Virus record (IMG/VR): IMGVR_UViG_3300028416_000485
Strand: one strand, 5' to 3'
Source of the DNA: a virus
DNA length: 64,000 nucleotides
This document shows, piece after piece, positions 27,788 to 37,956 of this stretch. Within the stretch, counting starts at the first letter, position 1, and each line of letters opens with the position of its first letter. Position numbers and translations under genes: made by a program. The notes below the pieces were generated by a model. It saw nothing but the letters and a program-made list of their open reading frames with translations, had not been told where the DNA came from and searched no databases.

Positions 27788-28899
27788 TATACCTTTCTCT
27801 TTGGTATCTTACTATCGGCACTACTAACACAACTGCCTGTAACACAAGGCATAGCTTTGTCAAACAGTTTAAAGCCTGTTTCGATATTGCCTAGCGGAGC
27901 ATCATGGCAACTATAACTACGCTTTACACTACCATCAGGTTCACGTATAATAATACCTTGATAGCCTGCGTTGCAACTCCATCCTTTAAAGTTATTGAAG
28001 TTAAAAGCATTAAATCTTTCTGCTTGATCCATATACCATGCTTCACCTTTGGAATCTCTAAATTCTACTTGCATATGCCAAGGCACACTAGCATCAGGCA
28101 TGTACATCATATCTTTAGGTATATCAAAACTAGGACTCGGCCGGCCTGACCACTTGCGTTTACTTTCTGTATATGCACGTTGTGGCATACCATTGTGCAA
28201 ACGTTTTAGGTCCTCCGGTTTGTATCCATCAACCACCCTACTAGCAGTAGGGTCTGATTGCGGTTTGAGTGTAACGTTGATTCCTTGCTCATGGAAGAAC
28301 AAGGCGTTTTCCCAATCTCTTTCAAACCAGTCTGGAACCATAACCATATTGATTGTAACTTGAACATCGTGCTCCTGACAGAAGATTAGTTTATCTGCAA
28401 AGTCTTGCATCTTCTCAACTGTATTTAAGTGTTCTGTGTGTAAACTTGCAGTAATACTGGCACGGTGGAATGGCTTGACTGCTTCTACATACTTTTCAAA
28501 CCATGCCATGTTGCGACTACAGTTAGATGTCATATGTACACTGGTGTAGTTGGTGTTGTCTACGTCATCAGCCAGATGCTGTAGAATGTCCAAGTAGCCA
28601 GGATGGAAAGTAGGCTCACCCCCACTAAGACTAAAATGATAACTATTAAATCCGTTTTCACGTGCTTGCCTCTTTATTTCATCTATGGTCCGTAAGCATA
28701 GTTCTGTAGGACGGTGGTCTTTACGGTCACTGCGGGCGTAAGGCCAGCAGTAGGAGCATTTGTAGTTGCAGAACCGTCCAAGTAACCAGCTGACAGTAAA
28801 TATATCGCGATACAACAAAGTGCGTTGGCCAACGCTGACAATGTCGTCGAAAGGTATCTTAGTAAAATCATAGTTGGACCATTTTAAATCTTCATTCAT
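27787..28899 (-). CDS. Radical SAM enzyme with C-terminal Cys-rich auxiliary domain
   Basis: CNYKCSYC, SGGEPT, FKGWSCNAG...SC...C...C. Confidence 0.88.
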   Translation of the reverse strand: MNEDLKWSNYDFTKIPFDDIVSVGQRTLLYRDIFTVSWLLGRFCNYKCSYCWPYARSDRKDHRPTELCLRTIDEIKRQARENGFNSYHFSLSGGEPTFHPGYLDILQHLADDVDNTNYTSVHMTSNCSRNMAWFEKYVEAVKPFHRASITASLHTEHLNTVEKMQDFADKLIFCQEHDVQVTINMVMVPDWFERDWENALFFHEQGINVTLKPQSDPTASRVVDGYKPEDLKRLHNGMPQRAYTESKRKWSGRPSPSFDIPKDMMYMPDASVPWHMQVEFRDSKGEAWYMDQAERFNAFNFNNFKGWSCNAGYQGIIIREPDGSVKRSYSCHDAPLGNIETGFKLFDKAMPCVTGSCVSSADSKIPKRKV

Positions 28900-28905
28900 A
28901 CTTGT

Positions 28906-28934
28906 ATTATAACATTCCTATTTACGTGTGTCAA
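28906..28934 (-). promoter_or_regulatory. Consensus sigma70 promoter, probably leaderless
   Basis: Minus strand TTGACA(28934-28929)-17 bp-TATAAT(28911-28906)-6 nt-ATG, with TGn. Confidence 0.8.
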
Positions 28935-29517
28935 TCTGATATTTTATATTAGGAGTATTTTGATGTATAGGATTTAGTTTTAAGCACAGTTCTTCTTCTT
29001 CAAACGGATTTGGAATAGTGAGTGTGTCTTTAGGATAGGCGTGTTGGCCTACTGGTAAAATCACTCGCAGCGTGGTATTGTCTTTTCCAGTGATACGTGT
29101 ACCAAGACTATTAGGATCTTCGATGCATTGACAAAAACTAGTTAGAAATCCATTAGACTGAAGTAAGTATGTTAATGACATTAGTGCCATTCCTATTTCT
29201 ACAGGAGCAATATATGGTTCAGGATCTAAGCGATGTGTAAAACAAACTAATACTGGTGCAAGAACTTGACTATTAAACTTAGCGTTACGAATAGATTGTT
29301 CTCTCGGCGTAGATCCATACATAATATCTTTTCTCAGTTCTCTATCACTCCAGTCAAGAATATCTATTCGATACGGAAACTGGTGTTGTTTGCTGGGCAT
29401 ATTAGAAGAAAATAGTTCTATTACAGTTTTGAAGGCATCCATATCAAAATCTTTGGTAAGATCAAAGTTAAATGTAGATCGTCTGTTAATATATCTTTTA
29501 TTGAAAGTATTGCCCAT
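28918..29517 (-). CDS. Nitroreductase-family protein
   Basis: INRRSTFNF, MPSKQ, SQVLAP, EIGMAL...TSFCQC, LPVG; similar to 23903-24553. Confidence 0.6.
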   Translation of the reverse strand: MGNTFNKRYINRRSTFNFDLTKDFDMDAFKTVIELFSSNMPSKQHQFPYRIDILDWSDRELRKDIMYGSTPREQSIRNAKFNSQVLAPVLVCFTHRLDPEPYIAPVEIGMALMSLTYLLQSNGFLTSFCQCIEDPNSLGTRITGKDNTTLRVILPVGQHAYPKDTLTIPNPFEEEELCLKLNPIHQNTPNIKYQIDTRK

Positions 29518-29539
29518 AGTTATTCCTTACTTAAAAATA

Positions 29540-29550
29540 TATTTATTTAG
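29540..29550 (-). promoter_or_regulatory. Late-type promoter before the nitroreductase gene
   Basis: CTAAATAAATA on the minus strand, then an AAGGA SD. Confidence 0.4.
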
Positions 29551-29552
29551 TT

Positions 29553-30728
29553 TTAATCAATATTATTTTCAAATACTACTTTATCAACATGTGAATATAA
29601 AACATCTTGGAAGTTTTCTTTGTATGCACTTTTAGGAGCACACAGTCCACAGCTACAAGTTTGCTTTGGACATATTATAGTAGGCATAGTACCAGTTTCT
29701 AACTTTTGTTTTAAGTCTGCAATAATCTTATGGCCTTCACTTATTTTTCCTATCGATCCCCTAGTTTGATCAAACTTTGCTTGACAAGTTTGATGATGAA
29801 ACACACTATCTGTTTGTTGTTCTAGATGCAGGAAGAACCAGTTAACACTGCAATGCCATCCTTTAAAATCTCTAAAATCCACAAAGGTGCTTTTACGACT
29901 ATTTCCTTTTGAACTTAAACACATTTCTCTTTGACCGCAACAAGGTCTACCAATTTCGTATCCTGCTTTTTTTGTTTCTTCTTTGGGTTTTTCTTTTTTA
30001 ACTTTTGGTGTAGTATCAACTTTGTCATTATTTAAGCTGGCATTTTTATACTTCCAATAGTTTTTCATGTAGTCTAACTGATCGTCAGTATACTGATGAG
30101 CCATAGCACTTGCACTACCCGGTTCTTCGCCAATAATACGAGGAACATATTTAATGCCATTATCATGTAGGAAATCGCAAAGTTCTTTGCATTCATCAAA
30201 ATATGCTGCATGAAACATAACATTTACGTTTAATGTAAACTCATAAGAAGGTCCGTCATTATGAAACTGTAGTATTCTATCTTTTACTTGTTGTTTGAGT
30301 TTACTATCGCTTTCACTATGATAACTTACTGTTGCGTGACGAAAGTTTTCCATAACTGCCTTGCCCATTTTTTCACTCATGGCACCGTTTGTAGTTAATG
30401 AAAATACAGCGCCCCACCGATCTGCATATTTTTTTTCATACTCTTCTTTTAAATATTTTGCAAACGGAATAAAGTGCGGATTTACTGTAGGTTCGCCACC
30501 TGTAAAACTTATAGCTGCATGTTTGTGTTCTCTATATAACATATATACATCCATATATTCAAACAAAAAGTTTATATTTGCTTTTAGTTCGTCTAATGTA
30601 GCGTGTTTACTAAAGTTGTCATGACGATGGGCCGGACAATAACTACAGTCGTAGTTACAACGGCGGCCTAAGTCCCATGTTACTTGAAAGTTCTTGCCCG
30701 TAAGTAAATCTATTGTATCAAAACTCAT
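29553..30728 (-). CDS. Radical SAM enzyme with Cys-rich C-terminal domain (close paralog of 39632-40786)
   Basis: CNYDCSYC, TGGEPT, GRPCCG, FKGWHC, HQTC, CPKQTCSCGLCAPK. Confidence 0.9.
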   Translation of the reverse strand: MSFDTIDLLTGKNFQVTWDLGRRCNYDCSYCPAHRHDNFSKHATLDELKANINFLFEYMDVYMLYREHKHAAISFTGGEPTVNPHFIPFAKYLKEEYEKKYADRWGAVFSLTTNGAMSEKMGKAVMENFRHATVSYHSESDSKLKQQVKDRILQFHNDGPSYEFTLNVNVMFHAAYFDECKELCDFLHDNGIKYVPRIIGEEPGSASAMAHQYTDDQLDYMKNYWKYKNASLNNDKVDTTPKVKKEKPKEETKKAGYEIGRPCCGQREMCLSSKGNSRKSTFVDFRDFKGWHCSVNWFFLHLEQQTDSVFHHQTCQAKFDQTRGSIGKISEGHKIIADLKQKLETGTMPTIICPKQTCSCGLCAPKSAYKENFQDVLYSHVDKVVFENNID

Positions 30729-32038
30729 TTAAAATGTCCTTTAAACATTGGCTCGACGTCTAGTAGTGACTCGTTTCTCATTTTATCTAAGGACTTTGTA
30801 TAGGTAACAAAATAATCCCAATATTCTTCATAATAACTTTCACTATTCATATATTTTACAATACCATTTCGTATATGTTTTGCAGAACGTAATACATAGT
30901 CTGGATACTTGTTATCTTCTACCCATTGTACAAACTCATTAAAATTATTAGTAGCAATAACTTTTAACTCCGGTGGTAGTACTCGAATATTCAAATGTTC
31001 AGGATTATGTGCAACATGATGACTAACTATTGGCTTACTTTTGGTTCCACTTATTCTTTTAAAGTTACTTTCTTGCAGTTTCCATTTCATAAAGTCAACC
31101 ATGTGAAACACATTATATGCTGTAACTGTAAATGCAAACCAACTCTGTATGTTCTCAGGCATACTATCTAGTGTAGTTAGGTTTTTATGCAACTTGTCCC
31201 ATTTTGCAGGATATCGCTGGTATTCTAATACCTTGCCCATGCCGTCTATACTTGCACCTACTCGTACATGCTTAAACTTTTCCCATAACTTCATTACCCT
31301 AGGAGGTAACGTACTCATATTAGTATTATATTCTACTGTCATATTTTTAGCAGCATCAACATTTATACATTTTTGCAAAAACTCATAATGTCTTTCAATA
31401 AGCATAGGCTCGCCGCCAGCAAAATACACATGCTCAATATTATGTACATTTGCTTCTAACTGTTGCCAAAAACTTTCGTTGTTAGGCCAATCAAAATCAC
31501 TAGCACAAAGTTTGCCATTTATGTTTTCTATTGTAACTTCGCCACTAGTATCACTAAACGTATTTTTACCTGTTAGTTTAATCCAATCCTCAAACCACGC
31601 ATTACTGTCACTTGGTCCACACATACGGCATTTAAGATTACAAAAGTTGCCAAATCGCAAATCATAATATATTACTGGAGTTTTTTCTATATCAATACTA
31701 CCATCAGGAGCTGTATCTTTTAAAGCATCAATAATACTATATTTCCATTGTACATTTTCGTATTGTCTTCTACTTGTTAGTCCGTTATCTTCTTCTCGTT
31801 GACAGCGCCCGCACTCTTCGCTCCAGTTACCATGTAGCATATTAGAACGTATATTTTTCATTAAATCTGCATTACGTGCTTCTTGTAAGTTATCAACTCC
31901 TGAGTTATATGCTATGCCATCTGATTTGCGTATTACACCTTTATTTTTTGTTACATTAGCCTGACAACATACTCTGAGATCGCCATTGGACCGGACAGCT
32001 TGGAATATCCAAGGAATGGGACAAAATGTGTTTGTCAT
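30725..32038 (-). CDS. N-terminal twitch-domain radical SAM enzyme
   Basis: FCPIPW...RVCC...CGRC; CNLKCRMC; FAGGEP; YNTN; SIDG. Confidence 0.9.
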   Translation of the reverse strand: MTNTFCPIPWIFQAVRSNGDLRVCCQANVTKNKGVIRKSDGIAYNSGVDNLQEARNADLMKNIRSNMLHGNWSEECGRCQREEDNGLTSRRQYENVQWKYSIIDALKDTAPDGSIDIEKTPVIYYDLRFGNFCNLKCRMCGPSDSNAWFEDWIKLTGKNTFSDTSGEVTIENINGKLCASDFDWPNNESFWQQLEANVHNIEHVYFAGGEPMLIERHYEFLQKCINVDAAKNMTVEYNTNMSTLPPRVMKLWEKFKHVRVGASIDGMGKVLEYQRYPAKWDKLHKNLTTLDSMPENIQSWFAFTVTAYNVFHMVDFMKWKLQESNFKRISGTKSKPIVSHHVAHNPEHLNIRVLPPELKVIATNNFNEFVQWVEDNKYPDYVLRSAKHIRNGIVKYMNSESYYEEYWDYFVTYTKSLDKMRNESLLDVEPMFKGHFK

Positions 32039-32688
32039 AATATGTTCCTATCAGTTAACTGATCTTTAATCCAGTTAGCTTCCCATTGGTTTCCTTCTGT
32101 ACCAAAATGTTCGCCGTCATCAACTACATATTTGTAAAACTGCTTTTCACCTAACTCAGTGAACACACTAGGAATATGAGATTCATATGATCTTCTATGA
32201 TGGAAATAAAAATCTACATTATTTTTTACATAGTTTATGTAAACACGATGATCTAAATCAACTTGATCGTCGCACAATCTTTTGTAATATTCTACTCCAA
32301 ACTTGTGTTTTTTGCGATCAGAATCTAAAAACTTGTTTGAAAGTATTGTTCCTGTATTAATACGGTCGACAAACTTGCCATAATCTTCCTCTAGGCAATA
32401 ATAGTTGTCATATTTTTGATACATTATTTCTTTAAACTTATGAGGTTTCCACCATGTAAATCTTCCAGGACTTGTGACTTGAAAAAGTTTTACATCAAAA
32501 GTTTTATCTTGCATTACTTGTTCTAATAAATGAGTATGATATGTTATAGCAGTTCCAGCTGCTGCAAAGTTATAAAATTTATGCTGAGGATACATCTTAC
32601 TTAACCAAACTACCCAGTTATCAAAAACTTCTGATTTTACTCCTTGAGTCCAGCTACAACCAAATACTGCAATATTTTTAGACTTCAT
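32035..32688 (-). CDS. SGNH/GDSL-like hydrolase or acyltransferase
   Basis: Block I AVFGCSWT, NFAAAG, block V DGEHF; likely start 32688. Confidence 0.6.
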   Translation of the reverse strand: MKSKNIAVFGCSWTQGVKSEVFDNWVVWLSKMYPQHKFYNFAAAGTAITYHTHLLEQVMQDKTFDVKLFQVTSPGRFTWWKPHKFKEIMYQKYDNYYCLEEDYGKFVDRINTGTILSNKFLDSDRKKHKFGVEYYKRLCDDQVDLDHRVYINYVKNNVDFYFHHRRSYESHIPSVFTELGEKQFYKYVVDDGEHFGTEGNQWEANWIKDQLTDRNIL

Positions 32689-33862
32689 ATTTTTTAAACT
32701 CCGGTAATACATCATACAGATTTTGACCACGACTTTGGTCTAGTTGTTTACTATAATAATAGAATTTTTCTAGTTTGTCAACCCAGTTCTCAGCATTCAT
32801 GTAGTCAATAACTCCTTGGACTTTATCTATATGTGTGTAGTTAGATAATGTTTTTGTAACTTGTGCTTTTAGTTCCTGAGGTAATACTCTTATATTTAAC
32901 TCCTCAGGATGATTTAATATATTTAGATAAATTTTATGTCCAAACGGTTCTGCCCAATCTAAAAACTCATGCAATCGTGTTATGTTGTACATCTGTACTG
33001 TGCAATGTATTTCATTTACTACGTTATCCAACTGTCGTACTTTTAAAAAGTTTTCTTCAACTTTATTCCAGTTACTAGGATAACGAATATATCTATCCAA
33101 ATCTCCTATTGCATCAATACTTACATTACATTTTATTGCTTTAAATTCTTTCCATTTTTCTAATAGATAGTTTGGAATATTTGTTAGATTAGTGTTATAT
33201 TTTATTTTTACTTTTTTTGCACGGCCCGACTCTATTATTTTATCAAGTATAAATTCATGATCTTTAATAATAGTAGGTTCGCCGCCTGTAAGGTATACTT
33301 CTTCGATAGTTGGCAAAAAGGCATCAATATTTCTTTCATACTGTGTATACCGATACCAGGGCCAGGTTTCGCCACCAAGTCTTTTCATTTCGTCATCAGG
33401 TAAAGGATCATTAACCAAATGCCATTCATCTAACCATTGATTACTAGCATAAGGATTGCACATACGACATTTGAGATTGCACATATTTCCTAATCTAATA
33501 TCTGCATATACTATGTTTAGTTCGGGGGTTTCTGTATATTCTTTATCTTCTAGCCACCTATCCATCCATGACTGACGTAAACTTTTTATACCAGAGTCTT
33601 CTTCTTTCCAACAACGTGAACACATTTCCGGACGTTCGCCAGCTAACATTTGTTTACGTAGATTTACATAATCTGGGCTATTCCAAACTTTGTCAAGTGG
33701 CACCTTGCCCATTTTATAAGGTTTGCCAGTTTCAGGATCTTTGATGAAGTTTTTTCCAGGAGTACTGTTGCAGCAAGGACGAAAGTTTCCACTTGCATTA
33801 GTAGCAATGTGCATCCACGGAAGATTGCAAAATGTTTCTGATGGTGGTGATATCTTACTCAT
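32678..33862 (-). CDS. N-terminal twitch-domain radical SAM enzyme
   Basis: FCNLPW...RPCC...CSRC; CNLKCRMC; LTGGEP; YNTN; YIRYP. Confidence 0.9.
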   Translation of the reverse strand: MSKISPPSETFCNLPWMHIATNASGNFRPCCNSTPGKNFIKDPETGKPYKMGKVPLDKVWNSPDYVNLRKQMLAGERPEMCSRCWKEEDSGIKSLRQSWMDRWLEDKEYTETPELNIVYADIRLGNMCNLKCRMCNPYASNQWLDEWHLVNDPLPDDEMKRLGGETWPWYRYTQYERNIDAFLPTIEEVYLTGGEPTIIKDHEFILDKIIESGRAKKVKIKYNTNLTNIPNYLLEKWKEFKAIKCNVSIDAIGDLDRYIRYPSNWNKVEENFLKVRQLDNVVNEIHCTVQMYNITRLHEFLDWAEPFGHKIYLNILNHPEELNIRVLPQELKAQVTKTLSNYTHIDKVQGVIDYMNAENWVDKLEKFYYYSKQLDQSRGQNLYDVLPEFKKYEV

Positions 33863-34628
33863 CTGAGTTTATTCCAAGTTTGTTGATTAAATGAGTTGCT
33901 AATAACTCATGTGTGTATTCTTTAAAATGTCCTTGCGGATATATGTCTTTTTTATTATTAGTTCGTTTACTATAGTCGTCAAGTGTTGTTGTGTTAAATC
34001 GTAAATCTTTTAGTGCAACGCCCGGCTTATAAGTGTTGGTGGTATTTACTACATCTATCATATGCACTTTAGGATACATTGTCTTTATCATATGATATAT
34101 TCCTGCATTTGCTGCGCTCCAAAAGTAATCGCAAGGCCCGTCTAACAACATCATTTTGTGTAGTTGTTGTAAATGTTTTTGTTTGTGTGTTTTCATCCAG
34201 TTGAGATTGCGGTTGCCGTCCCAACGTTCTTCGTCAAACATAAATCTGTAAATGTGTGTATAACCAACAAATACAATATCATTGTCCCAGTCTATATGCT
34301 TTTCACGAACAACACTTAGCTCGTGTAAGGCTCTATCAGCACCTGATCCTCGTATTGCATGATTACACAGTTCGTATCCTAGTGACTCTGCAACTTTTCC
34401 TGCATATGACAAATGCTTTTCTTCTTGTAGTAGATCTGTAGTTTTATACAATTCGTCAAGCAAATCTGCCCAGTCATTTCTTACTCTACCAAGGTGTTTG
34501 TCGGGCACTTCCCAAATGTTTGTTGTGCCTGCATTTTCCAGCATCCATTTATCAGGATCTACATATTTAGACACTCCTAGTTCTGTTCCTAGTGTGTGAC
34601 TACAACCAAACGCCCAAACTCTACTCAT
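33855..34628 (-). CDS. SGNH/GDSL-like protein
   Basis: WAFGCSHT, NHAIRGSG, QGHF. Confidence 0.55.
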   Translation of the reverse strand: MSRVWAFGCSHTLGTELGVSKYVDPDKWMLENAGTTNIWEVPDKHLGRVRNDWADLLDELYKTTDLLQEEKHLSYAGKVAESLGYELCNHAIRGSGADRALHELSVVREKHIDWDNDIVFVGYTHIYRFMFDEERWDGNRNLNWMKTHKQKHLQQLHKMMLLDGPCDYFWSAANAGIYHMIKTMYPKVHMIDVVNTTNTYKPGVALKDLRFNTTTLDDYSKRTNNKKDIYPQGHFKEYTHELLATHLINKLGINSDE

Positions 34629-35829
34629 AATATAAATCCTTTAAATAATCAAATTCTGTGTAGTAATCAAACAAACATTTGTTATTAACTTTATCCTGTG
34701 CTCGCATCCATTTAACAAATGTGTGATCAAATTCTGCGTTTACAGGTTTGTCTAGCCATTTTATTATTTTTTCTACACTCTGTGTTGCATGGTGTACTAG
34801 TCTGTTAGATGCATGTTGTTTTGTATATTCTAATCCTATATGACAGCGTTCTCTTATTACGTCTTTGAGATTATCTGGTAAGTTACAAATATCCATTACT
34901 CCAGGGTATTGTACAAAACTAACGTGCAATCTACTGTCTAGTTCTGTCCAAAACTTTAACACTTCATCTATCTTAACAGCATTAAGTACATTTACAGTAC
35001 AAGTAGCATGTAAGTCTAGTTGCTTGTTTTCTATTTGAGTCGACATCTGTGTTTTTACAGTGTTCCAGTTTTCTACAAGTTTATCTAAGTTGCCACCTTC
35101 ACGCAAGTATTCGTATGTGCTAGGATCTGAATCTACACTTACTCTACATATAACTCTTTTGTACAATGGCCAATGTTCTAATACATTGTTTAGATAGTGC
35201 AAGTTTGTACTATATTCAAGTGTGATATTTTGTGCATATGGCTTTAATACTTCCAACATTTCATGATGCATCGGGTGCATCAACGGTTCGCCGCCTGTTA
35301 TACGTATCATGTTTAAGTTAGGTGCAAAACTTTTAAGTTGTTGCATAGTATCTTCGGGCAACTGATTGATGCTAAAGTTTAAGCTACCACTTGAAATATC
35401 TTTTGCAACTTCATAAAATTCAGGATCTTTTTTACATTGCGTAACCCACTGACTACTAAACTTAGGACTGCAATGCCTGCATTTCATATTACACAAGTTT
35501 CCAAACCTAAACTCCATATCTCTTGGAAAGGGCGGTATTGTTAAATCTTCTACATCTTCGAGTGCTTCAACTTGTTCTGAATAATCCTCAAGCATTGTTA
35601 ATCTAGTGCTTTTGATTCCTGCTTCTTCCATTTGCCAACAACTTTTACATCCTTCAGGCTTTTCACCTGCAAGATGCTGTCGACGAAACTCTTGCCAGTT
35701 GTCGCTGTACCAAATATCCGTTAGATTAGTTGTAGTATAATCACCTAACTTTTCGTGACAACGCCAGCAAGCGGTTGCTGTTTTGTTTGGCTTTATATTC
35801 ATATGTATAAATGGCATAACACACTGCAT
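34621..35829 (-). CDS. N-terminal twitch-domain radical SAM enzyme
   Basis: QCVMPF...AC...CKSC; CNMKCRHC; ITGGEP; YSTN; likely start 35829. Confidence 0.88.
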   Translation of the reverse strand: MQCVMPFIHMNIKPNKTATACWRCHEKLGDYTTTNLTDIWYSDNWQEFRRQHLAGEKPEGCKSCWQMEEAGIKSTRLTMLEDYSEQVEALEDVEDLTIPPFPRDMEFRFGNLCNMKCRHCSPKFSSQWVTQCKKDPEFYEVAKDISSGSLNFSINQLPEDTMQQLKSFAPNLNMIRITGGEPLMHPMHHEMLEVLKPYAQNITLEYSTNLHYLNNVLEHWPLYKRVICRVSVDSDPSTYEYLREGGNLDKLVENWNTVKTQMSTQIENKQLDLHATCTVNVLNAVKIDEVLKFWTELDSRLHVSFVQYPGVMDICNLPDNLKDVIRERCHIGLEYTKQHASNRLVHHATQSVEKIIKWLDKPVNAEFDHTFVKWMRAQDKVNNKCLFDYYTEFDYLKDLYYE

Positions 35830-35836
35830 ACTGTAC

Positions 35837-36949
35837 TTACCGTATATAATGTGCGTACATTTCAGAGATGAGCGTCTCCAAATCAACACCTCTATGCTGT
35901 TTCATATACTCAGCTTGTGTCCAAAACTTTTCTATTATTTTATCACTTGGAGTGTACATATAGTTTTCTTCTATATCCTTGATAATATTTTTTAGATCGC
36001 CTTGCTCTGGGTCTTCGGCTTGTTTTAGTTCTTCAACAATCTGTTCGAGCTTGCTAGGCTGTATTAAGTTTACCCTATACTCTTCTGGAAATCTTACAGG
36101 AGTATAAACCATATAATCAAATAAATATCCTTGTTCGTTAATAAACTTTGGTATTTGATGTATATTAAAAGATGTTACTGTCATAGTGTTAATGATTGTA
36201 AATCCTTTATCCTTATATTGCTTGAGATTTTCTTCGATTACATTCCATTCGCTTCTTGGACGTTGATAATGCAATACATCTTCTTGCCCGTCAATTGACG
36301 TTAGAAAATGCACAGTGTCAAAAGTTTTTAAGAAATCGGTTACTTCGTTGTCATATATACTACCGTTTGTTCTATATTGTATTTTTACATCTTTTGAAAG
36401 TTTACTCAAAAAGTCTAAATTTTTCTTTTTATGCAACAACGGTTCTCCGCCGGTGATTTGTACATGACGTAAGTTCGTCATTTGTGGTAGCAAATCTAAC
36501 AGTTGTGTATCATAAAAATCGTTTATTTCCGAAAGAGGCGTACTCCAGTTTTGTTCTTTTGCGATCAAATGACTCGATCCTGCGCCGCACATCACGCATT
36601 TAAAGTTACACAAGTTACTAAACTTAATATACAATGCTTCAACATCAGACGGATCAAATACTTCTTTAACAATACCTTTGTTATTAAATTCTCTAATACT
36701 ACGCAATCGAGGAGTGTCTATACCTAGCTTTTCTTTTGATACACACATTTTACACAACTCTGGAGTAATACCATTTACAGCATCTTTGCGCATTTGTTTT
36801 AGTGTATCGCCGTTTATAAGATCTTTTCCATTATGAATTAATACATGATTTTTAGGATCTAACTTATCAACATGACAACAAGGCATTACCGACCTTGATG
36901 GATTTTCTGAAATATTAATGCCGCCTGCTAGCCAACCACACTTAAACAT
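35837..36949 (-). CDS. N-terminal twitch-domain radical SAM enzyme
   Basis: KC...MPCC...CKMC; CNFKCVMC; ITGGEP; RTNG; SIDG. Confidence 0.87.
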   Translation of the reverse strand: MFKCGWLAGGINISENPSRSVMPCCHVDKLDPKNHVLIHNGKDLINGDTLKQMRKDAVNGITPELCKMCVSKEKLGIDTPRLRSIREFNNKGIVKEVFDPSDVEALYIKFSNLCNFKCVMCGAGSSHLIAKEQNWSTPLSEINDFYDTQLLDLLPQMTNLRHVQITGGEPLLHKKKNLDFLSKLSKDVKIQYRTNGSIYDNEVTDFLKTFDTVHFLTSIDGQEDVLHYQRPRSEWNVIEENLKQYKDKGFTIINTMTVTSFNIHQIPKFINEQGYLFDYMVYTPVRFPEEYRVNLIQPSKLEQIVEELKQAEDPEQGDLKNIIKDIEENYMYTPSDKIIEKFWTQAEYMKQHRGVDLETLISEMYAHYIR

Positions 36950-37956
36950 CACACACCACACTTTGCTGTGCAAATACCTAGCAAACTATTTTTAAATGAA
37001 TGTGGCAAATCTTTTTTAAAAAAGTCATGATTTACAATATCTTTAAACGAATGCTTATGTAAGTTATTAAAATCTTTGCCATACAACTCGATTTTTTCGT
37101 CGAGCCATTCAAAATTGCCACGCCATCTGCTGCCTGTATGAAAACTTAAATAGCAACAAGGCCATACTTCACCCATCTGGTTTACTTGTAAATTTTTTTC
37201 TTGCTGCCACGGACATGCACTTTTTATTTTTACTAGTTGTTTCTTCTGTTCTGCATTACCAATATATTCTACAGCAGATCGCATAATATCTACTTCTTTA
37301 GCAGTAGGTGCAGTAATTGTGCCTGCAGGAAATTCTTTATATTCGTCTGCTTTATTTTCTGTAAAATAACTACGATTTAGTGTAAATGAACAAAACCCTA
37401 AACGTTTAGCCATATCACTTGCTTCTTTTAACTGATGTTTGTTATGATCAAATACTATCATTCTCCATCGTGCATCGGCGCCATGGTCCATAAATGTTTT
37501 TGCATTAGCCATTACCTGATTAAAGTCGACTCCACGGCGATAGATATGATTAGTATCTTCTAACCCGTCGATACTAAACACAACTTCCGAGTCGTTAAAC
37601 AACTGGTACACTTTTGCAAGATCTATCCAAAATTGTGTATTCCTAGCTCCACCGTTTGTATGTATTGCTAGTTTTATTTTAGGATGTATTTCATGTAGAT
37701 AGTATAACATATCAACGATTTCTGGATGACTTGTAAAATCTCCATAGTTTCCATTAAAAGTTATGAGATGCATATTACTATGTTTAGCAAAGTTACAAAC
37801 TTCTTTCCATATAGACCAAGACATATGCTGCAATTTTAATCTTGGATTTACGGGGCCGCCATTAATATTACGAATACATGAAGGACAAAAACTATTACAG
37901 TAACTTGTTACATCTATTTGTATTTGATAAACATCGGTATCATTAATTGTTTGCAT
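36949..37956 (-). CDS. Radical SAM enzyme with C-terminal SPASM/twitch domain
   Basis: CNSFCPSC, GNYGD, HTNGG, FSIDGLEDTNHIYR, C...GEVWPCC...C...C. Confidence 0.88.
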   Translation of the reverse strand: MQTINDTDVYQIQIDVTSYCNSFCPSCIRNINGGPVNPRLKLQHMSWSIWKEVCNFAKHSNMHLITFNGNYGDFTSHPEIVDMLYYLHEIHPKIKLAIHTNGGARNTQFWIDLAKVYQLFNDSEVVFSIDGLEDTNHIYRRGVDFNQVMANAKTFMDHGADARWRMIVFDHNKHQLKEASDMAKRLGFCSFTLNRSYFTENKADEYKEFPAGTITAPTAKEVDIMRSAVEYIGNAEQKKQLVKIKSACPWQQEKNLQVNQMGEVWPCCYLSFHTGSRWRGNFEWLDEKIELYGKDFNNLHKHSFKDIVNHDFFKKDLPHSFKNSLLGICTAKCGV

